DNA from: Dimorphilus gyrociliatus | Taxonomy: Eukaryota > Animalia > Annelida | DNA: 64,000 nt | Direction of reading: 5' to 3' | Assembly (NCBI GenBank): GCA_904063045.1 | Contig: CAJFCJ010000016.1 | Span: forward strand, 372,001-436,000 | The notes under the pieces: model-generated | What the model was told of the DNA's origin: nothing | What the model saw: the letters and a program-made list of their open reading frames with translations, nothing else | Database searches by the model: none | Made by a program: the position numbers and the translations under genes | In this document: positions 39,101 to 52,070 of the stretch, piece by piece | Layout of the letters: the number at the start of each line of letters is the position of its first letter | Numbering within the stretch: the stretch's first letter is position 1

Positions 39101-39626
39101 TGACAAACTTTTGAGGGGAAAACAATAAATTGCATTCGGTACATTTAATGCATGGGGACGTTTGTGTGTTATATAGTAGTGGATTCAGAATCCCTTTACA
39201 TTTACCAAAACATTCGTGGTATACTTGAAAAGCAAATGGGGAATCCGAATGCGATGATTCCGCCTTCTCAGCATCAGAATGTAATAAATAGCTACATAGT
39301 CTTTCAGCATCAGTTTTCTTTATCAGTCCACAAAGCTTTGGTCGTACGCTTAAAATTTTCTTTTCAATTAAATTTTCCAATTGCGAATCAGTGCAGTCGG
39401 TTAAAATTATATTCAAACTTTCACAGGCTTTTACTACTTGCTCCATTTCAAAGTAGTTTTTAAAAACTTTAGTTAAAAGTTCGGGCATGCAGAGTCTCTT
39501 CTCACCTCCAGTTGAGAAACACGAAACCGTAGTGTTGTCCAATACAGTAAAATCCAATCTGCAGTTTTCGATTTGCGGCTCCGTCTTTTTCCAGCCGGGA
39601 TCATAAAATTTCGGTAATTTTTTCAT
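30117..39626 (-). CDS. SKI: Ski/Sno family Smad co-repressor, about 482 aa. Exons 39626-38928, 34404-33889, 30943-30836, 30242-30117
   Basis: Ski/Sno/Dac domain (VSCFSTGGEKRLCMP...CGLIKKTDAERLC), SAND-like domain (VYHECFGKCKG, SPQKFVSHSH, TCHWGFESDNWRYYL), APNVELAP motif and a C-terminal coiled coil. All three introns are phase-0 GT-AG. Confidence 0.95.
33461..33492 (+). repeat. (GGGA)n repeat, G-quadruplex-capable
   Basis: ggagggagggagggagggagggagggaggtgg. Confidence 0.9.
38388..38776. promoter_or_regulatory. Homotypic TTGTTACA cluster with E-boxes in Ski intron 1 (candidate enhancer)
   Basis: Four TTGTTACA copies in about 390 bp; the last two sit in a degenerate 60-bp direct duplication, each preceded by TTGACCA(T/C)GTG. 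Confidence 0.5.
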
Positions 39627-40756
39627 ATTTAAAAAACCCTTTCAACCTTTTGGTTGATAACTCTCTAAAGATATAATGTTGTCACTCAACGATTCGTAAA
39701 AAAATGCTGTTTTACATGCACTCGTCCATTTCTATGGCGTGTCTGAAGAACCGGCACAATTAGGTTATTACCAAAATGGCCGTTACTCCCTGGATTTTTA
39801 TAAAAATATCTTGTATTTCCTTTAATTTTCAATAATTTTTTTAGATTTTTAATCAAAATTACTATATAAATACAAATTAATTTATATATAGGTCAAATGT
39901 TTTATAAACTTAAAGATTTAACCGCATTATTTGCAAGTTAATAGATTCTTATTTCTTTCATTTTCACAATTATGCACACCTTTGTCAACATATTATTAAA
40001 CAAAGTCACTACTTACTTCTCATATATGATTTAAGGGTGAAAATTATTTCAAATATATATTGTTATTCCAATAATACGTAGGTCACGTGACAACCTTTCG
40101 ACGCCCTTCCATTTTACTCCCCCCGATTATGCAGTAAACAGCGGCATAGACTAACTACAATCCATAGGCGGACCGGTCATTAAGTGCAATTCCTTGTTTT
40201 TTGCTCGATCCGTCACGCTTCCTGATTTCAACTAGGAACTGTCATTAACATGTCGCAATAAATGGCTACTGCCATAAAATTTAGATATTAATCAATTATG
40301 TAAAAGTTTTATTATTTATGTCAAATCCAAAAGTAAAAAGCGAAAATAGTAAGACTATAGAATTGAGCAGTAACATTTGTGAATGTCTAGTTTGCTTCCA
40401 AACCATACAGTTGTCTACATTCAGTTAAGCAAAAGTTTTGATCGTTTGTCTAAAATAATCATTAGGTCGTTAACCTACTTGTTTCTGTTTATCAATGCAG
40501 ATGTCGTTGCAATAGTTAAATTTCAAGTCAACGCCATCTTCCAAATAAGCTCAAATACATTTAATTTAGCAAATACAATATGGTTAATTTATTAGGAAAT
40601 GATGAATTGGTCAATTTATACTGGGCCATTTAGAAAAAAGATTATATGGTGAGAAATGAGAGGAGTGCAAAGGAGGGAGGGGATAGTCGATCCATTAAGA
40701 AGGGGAAGTGGGAAGGGGGAGGGAAGAAAGTTTACGAATTAAGAAAATGTATCGAA

Positions 40757-40770
40757 AGAAAGAAAGAGAG

Positions 40771-40812
<42 letters not shown>

Positions 40813-40915
40813 TGAGTGAGTGAATGAGTGAGTGGGTGAGTGAGAGAGAGAGGACAGAGAGAGAAAGAGAGAAAGAGAGAAAGAGAGAGAGATATATATA
40901 TAGATAGATAGAAAG
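40757..40915. repeat. Compound (GAAA)n/(GA)n/(GAGT)n purine tract upstream of Ski
   Basis: Directly visible; similar tracts at about 24265-24310, 35625-35700 and 42080-42165. Confidence 0.9.
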
Positions 40916-43305
40916 AGGGTAAAGGAGTAGTATTTCGTGCAAAGTGCATTTTTTTTCTTGCAGCACCAAACTTTGTACCTAACATCTGTTAGTTGTTTTA
41001 AAACCTACTAGCAATTATTGATTCAAATATACGTTTCACAATGTGTTACTCTTGTACATTCGGTTAGCTTCGGCTCCAGGTGATTATTGGACTTTCAACT
41101 ATATTAATTCTAAACGTTTTTTCAAGGTTTCACTGCTTAGAAATGAAAGTTGTTCATAATCTTCAAAACGTATAGAATATGCGTATCAGCAGTAAAATAG
41201 CTGTATAATATGTATAATATAGAGAGAGGGGAGGAAGTGAGGAAGTATTTCCACATAACATACTTGACTTTCTTCGGCGAACTGTCACAAATTTTCATAA
41301 AAAGAGTCAAATTTTTTTTATGTTCATGATAATTTTTAATAAAAGATTTCCTTTTTAATAAAGAAATGAACCATTCAATATTCAAGTCTTTTCTCCTTAA
41401 AATACTTAAAGGAATGAGGCTAAGTAGCATTATTATTATTGTACAGTTTGGCTATTTTGAATATGCTCTTTGAGAAAATAATGATAACGATCTCCATTGA
41501 GAGACTTTGTCAAAAACATATAAACTATATATATATATATGTATATACAGTATAATCGATATGCAATATGGGAAATCATATGGAACAATTAAAGTAAAAT
41601 CCACTATATAAGGAGGGAGAAAAGCATTGAAAGAGGAATGGGATAAAACAAAGAGTTTCCATTATCCTAAAAGATTTTAACCTAACTGGAATCTTGTTGA
41701 AAGAATTCAGAAAGGATATTTCAAATACAACTTAAATTGTTTAACACCGTACAGATAATTGCGATCAGGTGTACAAATAGGTTGGATTCCTCGAAAAAGG
41801 TTGTCTTATAGGTCTGATGGCCGATCGGCGAATAAGAAAAGCAGTCTAGCTTTTGACCTAAATCTAGCCATAATAATCAACTAATATACACAAGCAAGCA
41901 TTACATTTTCCAAAAACATATCAAAAGCATAATAATATGAATAGATTAATAGAACAAATAGCAATCGAATGATAATTTTTAATTATTGTTTTTCACCATA
42001 ATTCGTCTGTAGCTTGTCTACATTTTCGTGTCTTTACAAAATACCTGTCTGACTTTCTATATATATATGTATATATAGAAAGAGAGAGAGAGAGACAGAG
42101 AGACAGTCAGTGTGTGTATATGTATGTGCGTTTGTGAGTGACTGACTGAGTGAGTGAGAGAGAGAGATCAATACTAAAATTTTATATACAAGTGTATAAA
42201 AAATAATTAAGGAAAATCTAAGTAATTTCATCCCATATTTTCTCTCTATGATAGAAGTATACAAAAGAGACTTTATTTCTAAAAATAGCTCATTTTTTTA
42301 TTTTCAAATAATAAACTTTATCTGTAAAATCTCAAAGAAAGACTTAAATTACTTGAGAGGGGAAGAGGGAGAGGAGGGAGAGGAGAGAAGGGGGAGGGGG
42401 CGGGGGTGGTGGGTGAGAAAAAACAGGAGAAAAAACTTTTTTTTTAAATCAATAATATTTAAATTTTCGTTCATTAGAATCATTTTCTATTCTACAACCG
42501 TACTTGAAAATAATTGGAATTGTTATTTCTTTCGTTTTTGAAATTAGGCCTAGTTGGTTTTTAATTATGCTTATAAAATATATATATGTATAAATTATAC
42601 TGTATATAAACTAAAAAAGGCTGAATTATTAAGAAAGTGTGACTTTATCACTATCTATGCTTTGTATAGAGCATACTTTTTAAGATTGAAAATATTGTGC
42701 TATTCGATTTACAATAGCCGAGAGAGCTATAGGTTAAAGTTGCGATTAAACGTGAATGGCACTCCTTCTTTCATTCATATGCACATGTTATTCTTCAATG
42801 ATTTATATTTCGACTGAATTTTAATTTTAAATAATGTTTTTCTCTGTATTATTTATCATTTTCTCGGCAGTGCTATTCATTTAAAGGTTAAAAAATTGAT
42901 TTAGAATAAGGAATGTTGAAAATAAATGCTCTTTTTAGACGTAAATAGATTTATTTTTAGAAGTGATATAAAGTGATTTTAATCAACGATATTTATTAGT
43001 ATTATGCAATATTTACTCTAATAGCCATATATTACCTAAGATCTCTTCAAGAGAAGATATTGAAGGAGGAAAGAAAATGGATTAATTGATTAACCAATTA
43101 GTTATTTATAAGTAAATGTTCGCTCCAACAGTCGTTTTTATTTATTTGTTACAACAAAATTATAGTTGATTAGCATACTTTTTTCTTTTTCAAATAACCT
43201 TTAAACTATGTAGCTAATGCTTCGATTAAAGTATTTATCATCTAAGATAAACAAGTTATTTTTTTCTTTAAAAAAAAATTCCTTAGATTTTCAATCCATT
43301 CGTTC

Positions 43306-43378
43306 ATCTATCTATCTATCTATCTACCTATCTATCTCCCTTCCTGTCTAACTATCTAACTATCTATCTATCTATCTT
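43306..43378. repeat. (TCTA)n tetranucleotide repeat
   Basis: Imperfect tctatctatcta array. Confidence 0.85.
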
Positions 43379-44473
43379 TCTGTCTACTATTTTTTTATTC
43401 GTCTATATTTCCAGATAGTTTTTTTACATAATTTTCTCGCCTAACTCTCTTTATTCCTTGTTATGTAATTATAAGCCTCTTTTCCTAAATTTCCCATTAA
43501 ATTAAAAGCCTGTTCAGAAGAGTAAAGCGAAACCTGCAATAATTTAATTACATTTAATTAGGCTTGTATGTCCTTGGCAAGCTGTTCACCTGTTGGAAGA
43601 TATACATACATATATATATATAAATATAGTATATATGCATGGGTTGCATTTAATCTATTTAATATATATGCTTTAGTATTCTGCTATTATTAAATTTTAA
43701 AGTGCCTAGGAGTTTTTATTTATTTTCCTGAATAAATGTAGCATAATCAATATGAAAATTAAGATCTTTAAAGTACAAATTAGACAAACGATCAATATCG
43801 GCATATGTTTCCGACTGCTAAGCTTTTTTACTATAGTTTACTATTTACGAACGTTCCCATTAACAATGTACCATATGTTATTGGTAACACAGAACAATTC
43901 GTAATCATCATTCAACGGAAAGTATAACGATATTATCTCTTTCTCCTCTTGCCTTTTGGAAACAAAAAGTGACTTGTTATTAAATAGACTGTATATTATC
44001 TATATGATCTACATGTTAGAAATAGGATTAATCCAGTTAGATTACAATTATATAATAAAGGGAATTTCTACATCTATAGAAATTTTTACCCAACTTTAAG
44101 CTAGTAATTATAAATATATGCCACGTTTTTTTTATATTTAAAATACTTCCTACGGAGATTTGTCCTACTTTGGCGTAAGAGATACCTATAGGACGGTTTT
44201 TTTTTCTTTCATTATTATTATTATTATTGCCATTATTCTTATAACTCCACACGTAATGTACTGATTATATATATATTTTATTTCTTTCATTTTTCAATAT
44301 GTAATACAGTATACATTCATCATTTTAATTTCAATACAACTTGGACAGGGGAGGGAGGAACAATAAATGAAAATAAAGAAAAGAGTTATTCTCCTCTTTG
44401 TTGTTTAATTGGTTCACAATTGGAATGTTTTTTTATTCTATTTTTTTTAATGGCTATAGCATTTCGTAATTTA

Positions 44474-46208
44474 CTATTCGGCATCGAATTGACTGTAAAA
44501 GTTCAACTCCAATTGGACCATGTGATCAAAAATGTTAACCAACTTGGCTGAAGCCTCCTCTCCATGTTCAACAGCTTCTATGATATCACTGATACAGTTC
44601 TTTTCCAACTCACGCAAATTTTCAATACATTTCCGACCCTTTTCCGCTTCCTCTTCGTCGGAACAAGACAATTGTTCCATCAATTTATCGTGACCTTTCC
44701 ATAATTCGTGACGTCTATCAACTCTTTTCCTAAATCTCGGCTTTACTTTTGCTGGATCATCTTTATAAGTTGGAGAGATTGTTAGATTTCCGAATTTTAT
44801 GTTATCAACGAACACGAATGGCTTAAAAAATGATTCTGTAGGTATTGGTGTTGCAGTAAAGAAATGAATAGAATTTTCAGATAAGACAGATACTTGACTT
44901 CCGGCCGACCGAAAACAACCTTCCATACAAATTCCAGATTCCTTATGCCTAAGACCGATTTTTTTATAGATTTTTAATAAAAAGAGAGCAAGAAACCTTC
45001 ATTTTAATATTAAAAAAAGAGCTTAATTGTTTTTTCAAATTTCGAGATTTTAGGCTTATTTTCAGAGTTCAGAGATAAATAAATTCTTTAATTTCGTTAA
45101 AAAAAAACCGGCCTTAGAATATCCATCATTTTAGATACAGTAACGCCATCTACGGATGCTTCTTTCAATAACTTCGTTCCCCATAACTGTCTAGAATTTG
45201 GCTGTCCATCTCCTAGCTCGGTTTCTTCGAATTGAAAACTAAATACTTTGGCAAAATCGAATTCCTCTCCATCGTCCTTATTCCAAAGATTCTTCTCTAT
45301 AGCTATTTCTTTCATGTTTGTGGAATTCAGAGTTATATTCTTTCTGATGGTTAATTGATTGGAAATATTACGGATGCCTTCCTTAATTAACTCGGCTGCC
45401 CAGACATTACCAGCAGTTTCCAACACCCACGCCTCTTTAGGGTCAGCAATTAGGAAACTATTATGATAAGCAAATGAGCTTCCGCCTAATTGTTCGGAAC
45501 AAGGCCCCCCTTGACCGTAACGCTCTAATAAATTTGTAATGACTTCCAATGCCTCTCTAGCCGTTCCACCCCTTTCGAGTCCCAATCTCAATAAGTCCAT
45601 TCCCAGTAGTTTTTCTTGTAAATCTTCCTTACCACCCATATGAGTCCAAACAGCTTCATTCCCGATGGCTACCCCTTTCTCGTTCGCTCCCATTTCTGCA
45701 CCCCATATCCAAGCTGGCTTACTTAAGACAACCGCATAGGTTTTCTCCACTTGTTCAACTTCAATATAGGTGCACTGCACAACGGAATGCGATATTAAAA
45801 TATATTGAAAAACATCGGAAAATGGTAGATAAAGAATAGATTTACAGAGGCAACCGATCTGCTTTATGTAAAAGTGGTATATTGATGGTTTTTCCTCTTT
45901 CAAACAAATAAAGAACTAGGTTAAGTGACAGGAAAGAACAATGATTAAATAATAACAGATGGATTATTTATTTGCATGCTCAATAACAACAGCTAACGCT
46001 AGACGACCCATAATGGAATTTTAAGTGAATTGATTTTGAATTTGCTAAATGATAATACCTTAACTTTGCCACCAGCTGGATTTATTATCGAAGAAATGAA
46101 AATGACCTCTTGAACTTCATCATCCGGTCTATCTGCATTCTTTCCAAATACTACAAAATTGCCACCCGTTGCTGGAGGTAGACTAACGAAAGTGTCACAA
46201 CCAGACAT
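44474..46208 (-). CDS. SCRN: Secernin (peptidase C69 / Ntn-hydrolase fold), SCRN2/3-like. Exons 46208-46059, 45774-45113, 44948-44474
   Basis: MSGCDTFVSLPPAT...FGKNADRP..EVQEV, CTYIEVEQV, KPAWIWGAEMGANE, LLGMDLLRLGLERG, YHNSFLIAD, IHFFTATP...SFFKPFVF. Confidence 0.96.
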
Positions 46209-49200
46209 AATTATGACTTTTTCTTATTATCGCTCAATATTTTTCAATTTCTTACTGAAATATGTACATTTTTTGAGGACTTTTATTACATAAATAACCA
46301 ATTCTTGTACTAAATGAAATTCTTTAAATTCGATTACGATTAATTGATATTTACCAGTTAGTGGACAATTTACTGTTGGTCGGAATTATCATAGAGAATG
46401 CAAAACAGTTCGAAGGCAGGAAACGGAATGTACCGTTTCCTGATGAATAATCTTTTTTTTTTAAAATTACCCTATTTAGAGTAAAAAACCTTGATAAATA
46501 GACTTGGAAAGTTATAATTAGGGTGTAATCATTTCTCTTTGTTTCCATACTTTTATGATAAATTAATATATGTCTTAGAAGAAAGGCCAAAAAGACACTT
46601 GAGGTAAGGAGGGAGGGAAGGGGGGGGGGGGAGAGGGAGTGTGTTAGGAGACAGGGAGATAGATAGAAAGAAAATGATAGATAGATGGCGTTCCGAAATA
46701 ACAAACTTTTTTTCCAAAGTTATTATTAAAATCATATTTTTAATGTAATTAAAAAAGAATTTAAATAAATAAATGAATAAGTGCTTAAAATATCAATAAG
46801 TGTTTGCGTTGCTTATATACGTAAATGCAAATTTTTTACAGTATATACAGTATAACTAAAATATAGAATTTGTCTTCTTTTAATTCCAATAGATAGAAGA
46901 TAAATGTACAAATCTATACATTATATAGAAAGGAGCATTTATTATGTAACAATACAAGATGTAATCTATTGAAATTTTTTTTATTATCAGATGTAATATA
47001 AAAATATATTAGTATATATATATATATTTTATGAGATTATTTATTTGCACATCTTTGAATTATCCTATTTTATTGATAATATATTAGAAGAGAGCACACC
47101 TATAATCCATAAATTTTTTTATCTCAAGATCTCTTGAATCCTTTTATACTGCATACATTTCTATTATCGATATAAAACCTTCTTCTTTTCCTTTTTCAGC
47201 CTTTCTAACGTTATTTTTTAATTTTGGAATTGTTTTAAAAATAGTATCATTCTTTTATTGTAGCATCATAAGACATATTATAACATTCACCTCCATTTTT
47301 TTGGTGTTTTATTATATTCTTTTATATTTCTTTCGAACTTTTATTGTCTATTGTTCTTTTTCAAGGTTTCTTTCTATTTTTTTTCATGATTATTTTATAA
47401 ATTCCATACGGTTTCATTATATATATTCTAACAACAAAAACTTGTCATACTGCGTAAGAAAAGGTGGAGCTGGTATTTTTTTAATTATTTCTTTAATTTC
47501 AGTAATTAAAGTTAACTGTACTCTTTTTCTCTGTTAGAGGCTTTTATAAGAAGAGATAGGAGAAAAGGAAATAAACAAAACACGCCCATTAATACCTTCC
47601 CTGAAAATATAATTATTAGTCTATTGTCTTTACCCTCTTTATTTTTTGGTTGCTTGTTTGGATGCAGATGTCACCACTAGCCATTTAAAATTAAGCACAG
47701 AGGTCGCTGACTAAACCAACTTAATCATTCAATTCAGTATAAAAAAGTTTGGTATTAATAAGCTTTTCTAAGAATTAAGCCTGTATAGGCTTATGAAAAG
47801 TGAATTTAATAGAGTTAAGTATCTCACTTGATAAATTTTACTAAAACTAAATGATATATATGAAGGAATTATTATAAAAATTGAACCTAGTTTCGTCAGG
47901 ATATTTATTTTCGTTATTAATCATGCTAATGAATTAAAAAGCGTCGATGAATAAATGATTAGAAAGTAAACAATTACAGACACTACAAAGTGAAAGGTTT
48001 TTGAAAGAGAAAAGTTTTAAACAAACTCGTCAACTTTTTTTTATCAAAAAGAACCTCTTAAAGAAACTTGATTAAGTTAACACTTAGATAAACTAAGACG
48101 GATATAGAGATAGGGAAAGACAGGCGATATATATATATATATGTATATAGATAATAAGCAAATGTTAATAATATACAACTTAATTATATTATTAGTAATA
48201 GTAGTTCATTACATAGTATTGTATAGATATTCAATACCAGTTTATACTAGCTATAAAAAAATTTATTTAAAAAAGAATCAAGATTATTTTTTATGTGTGT
48301 TTTACATTTATTACATTTATATACAATAAAACGATTTAGTAAATATTTTATAACAGTCTCGAGAGTTTTTTTCCCACCGCCCCCTTCCCTCATTATCTAT
48401 TTTTGTTTAGAAGTAAATTTATCGATTTCTTATATGAAACGATCAATCTATTGCCAAAAAAAAAAAAATAAAAAGAAAAATTTCATTTTGCGGTCGATTG
48501 CCCATTTTGCTGTAGTATATCAATTATCTAGTGATATTTTTCTTCTTCTTCTTCTTCTTCTTCTTTTTATTATTATTATTTTACTTTAAGCAACAGATAC
48601 AAATCTTTAAATATATAAAGTATTTATATTTATACATCAATTTTTTTACTTCTCTTCTTCTTTATCTTCTCTTTCGTTCTTCTTATCTCTTGTAAAGGAA
48701 ATAAACCAGAATAATAATTTTTTTTTTTGGTGTTTCTTGGAATTGCGAAATTTTCCAATACTGATAAAGAAAGTTAAAAGTAGTCGCAAGTAAGATTTTC
48801 ATATAGAAACTAAAAGAAGAAGAAGAGAGGGACGCAGAATATCTTCATAGATTGTAAGGTGATAGGACTATATTTTTTGTAAATATTTAAGTTAATATAG
48901 ATCTTGTTCTTCACTCTCCTATTTCTTTCTCTTTTTTAATAGTGTAACTCTCCTGCATTTCCCTGGTGACATATAAAAAATAACAGCCCATTTAGATAAG
49001 AAAAATTGCATATAATAGCATTTAATTGAATTGTAATTCGATATAGATTAGAATCTTTCATCTACTAATTAAATACAATTAATTAAGGTATCACTTGAAC
49101 ATTTCTGAATATTTGCGATTAATTAGATTATAATAAAACTGAATAGTTTTAAATACTATATACAGAATATAACTTATATATATATATATATATATATATA

Positions 49201-49275
49201 TTTTACGTTTCGACCTATTGTCATGTGTACAGAAGGCAGCACAGTATTTGCATCGATAACACTCTAAGAGGAGAA

Positions 49276-52022
49276 ATGCGAGGCAACTATCTACCAACTC
49301 ATGAACCTTCTTATAGATTGGAGGGTAAAGCGGAACAGGAGGCGGAAGGTGAGCCAGAAAGTGAAGGTGAACCAGAAGGAACTACTCTTCCAAATAGTTT
49401 TGTTGAACCCGAACCCGAATGGAAGGAAGCTTTAAGGATTTGGGGAGTAGCTTATGATATTCAAGTTTACATTAGTGGTGCTTTATTCCTTATATTGGCT
49501 ATTTACTCTTTAACGGCAATTGTCCGTTTATATAAAAAGAAGAATCTACTATCTTTGCGCTATTTTGCATCATTAAATTCAATACTACTGTTAATGGGGC
49601 TTTCCAGGTTAGTTAAATATATACTTCTTTTGTCTTAGAAGTAAACTTATAGGCCAACTTTCTATTCAATTACAAACAGCTTTCTTTAAATAACAAATTT
49701 AAGGATGAACATGTTACAGTTAAACTTTTCAATATTCCTACTGATTTTCCCATCTATCAATGTCCATAAATCAGATAATGAATTACATTTATAACTTTAC
49801 TAATACTTGAACAATCAATAACCTACTTATGAGCTATTAAACATGCAAACTACTTGCGTAATAGGTTATTGACTTTTGTAATAAAATATGAATAATACAG
49901 GTACTCTGTTTTTTTTCTTTTTTAATTAGTTAACTTGACAATAATTAGGTTATTTGCATATTCATGATATCAAACTAAAGAAATCTATAAAAATTCATAG
50001 AAGAACCATTACTATTTTAGTAATTAAACTTTGAGAATAAAACTAGGGGGCACAGCTATCTGTGTCCTAACATTAACAGTTTTAAGAAATAGAATGAGAG
50101 TTTAATAAGGGAGAAAGAGAAAGACAGAGAGAGAGAGAGACAGGAAGAGAAAAAGAAGAGATAGATAGAATGAGAGTAAAAGTGAGAGAGAAATCTGGAA
50201 TATATTCTAATAACGCGTGCACTGGAAATTCTCCAAATCTTTTAAAATGCATCCACCACTTTATTTAGTGTAGATAGCTGTATACAGTATATATATATAT
50301 ATATATATATTATTAATTACCCTGTTATTTATATATTTATATTTAAATTATATAAATACAGAATATATAAATACTATATATCTAAAAAGAATGCATATGT
50401 TGAAATAGTGTTGATTTCATACCCCATTTTGCCTAAATAAACATTCCTGATTGTGTTTTCTTTATGGCTTCTGATATGTCCAAGCCGTCAGAGTGATGCT
50501 CCGGGGTTACTTGTAATTTTTTACTTTTTTCTCTTCCCCTTATTCCCTTTTCACCAATTGCTTTCTCATTCTTCTTCTTCCTCATAAACTTATATTTATT
50601 ATATGACTTATTATCATTACTCTTCTGTTTTTAAATAAAGACATGCCTTTTGTTAATGTTGAAAAGAAATAAAACAAGAAAAGTAGGCCAAGAAGTTTGT
50701 TAATTTTTTGTTTTTATAAAAAGAAATAAATTACTAACGCCTGGCAGTGTCTATACTACGTAATATGTTCTTATAGGATAAAGAATGATCGTTTTTCTGC
50801 CTTTTATTTTTCTTTTTTATCTTCCTAACAGATCCGTATATTTTCTAATTGATGGTTATAATGCAAGAGGAACTTTTCCGACAGCTGTCGCCTACTTTCT
50901 TTATACTACTGCATTTCCTTGTATAACATCTGCATTTAGTATTCTATTTTTAGCTTTGTTACAGGCAACAAAAATGGAATTTGTATCTCCGAAAATTCAA
51001 AAGTTACGTTATTTAGTAGCTATTATTGTCTTTCATTTCTTATTGTCGTTTATAACGGATATTGTTGTTGGCCTATACTATAATTCTAAAATTCTTCTAT
51101 TCGTTTGTCAACTTGCATCGGTTGTCTGGGGTCTATTACTATTTGTCGGCTACATTTATATATTTCACAGATTGTATAAGGCAGCTAGAAACAGGCAAGC
51201 TGACGTTTATAAACTAACATCGAGCGCCAATAATTTGGCCAACGTCTCGCCGGTTAGACGACCTAAATTGACGCTTAATCTAGCCGTTAAAGTGACTCTA
51301 GCGACAGCCTTGTTAGGTCTTGTATTTGCCGCTCTGCAGATTTATAGTATGGTTGGAGTTTATAGTATATTTTCTGATGAGTCTACTGTGAAAGCGTGGC
51401 CTTGGTGGGGTTATAAGTTGGGTTTAAGGATTACAGAGATCTCGATGAGTTTGGCTATGTCATTAGTTGCAACTCAACCATTCAGGTGATTAATAAATAT
51501 ATAAATAAGAGTATAATATTGTACAATAGGGAAAACAAAGAGATTTTATGGAAGAAACGCTACAATGAATTATTGTTTTTTAAAAGATATAATGCACACA
51601 CGAGGAAGACAACGTGGTGTCCATTCGTTAGATTGTTTTGTTCTTGCGGATCGGATAGAGAGGAGCCTGTCATGGAAATTGTTCGAATGAGCAAGCATCG
51701 ATCTCGGCCAGCATCTATGTTGATTGAGGAGAGAGGATTTGTAAGGATAAAAAGGGAGAACGAATTTTCAACAGATGAAGATTCCCTTCATAGTCCGCAA
51801 GAGAGAGAAGAGAGAAAACCATCGGGATTTAGTTTCGATCCTCCTCCATCAATTCATTTAAGAGATAGTATTGATAACGCTTTAAACGATATCTCTTTAA
51901 GATCCCCGGGTTGTTCATCAAACTCCTCAAGGCCACTTTTGGAGGGAAATGGTCTGGCTACTTTAGAGCCTAACGAACTAATGATTAAATGGAAAAACAG
52001 ATTAGATTATAGTGATGTTTAG
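49276..52022 (+). CDS. PRRT3/PRRT4-like multi-pass (about 7 TM) protein. Exons about 49276-49607, 50832-51485, 51587-52022; true 5' end uncertain
   Basis: EPE-rich N-terminus, EPEWKEALRIWGVAYDIQVY...LFLILA, SRSVYFLIDGYN, YTTAFPC and a final TM WPWWGYKLGLRITEISM, as remembered for the PRRT3/4 family. Phases are consistent. Confidence 0.8.
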
Positions 52023-52070
52023 AATCACCTCTTATCATTTATGTTATCAATTGAACTTTAGCTGTGAACG

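Noticed and set aside
45775-45903. ORF extension MKEEKPSIY... upstream of secernin exon 2
   Set aside because: It is an open frame within intron 1; the real N-terminus is exon 46208-46059.
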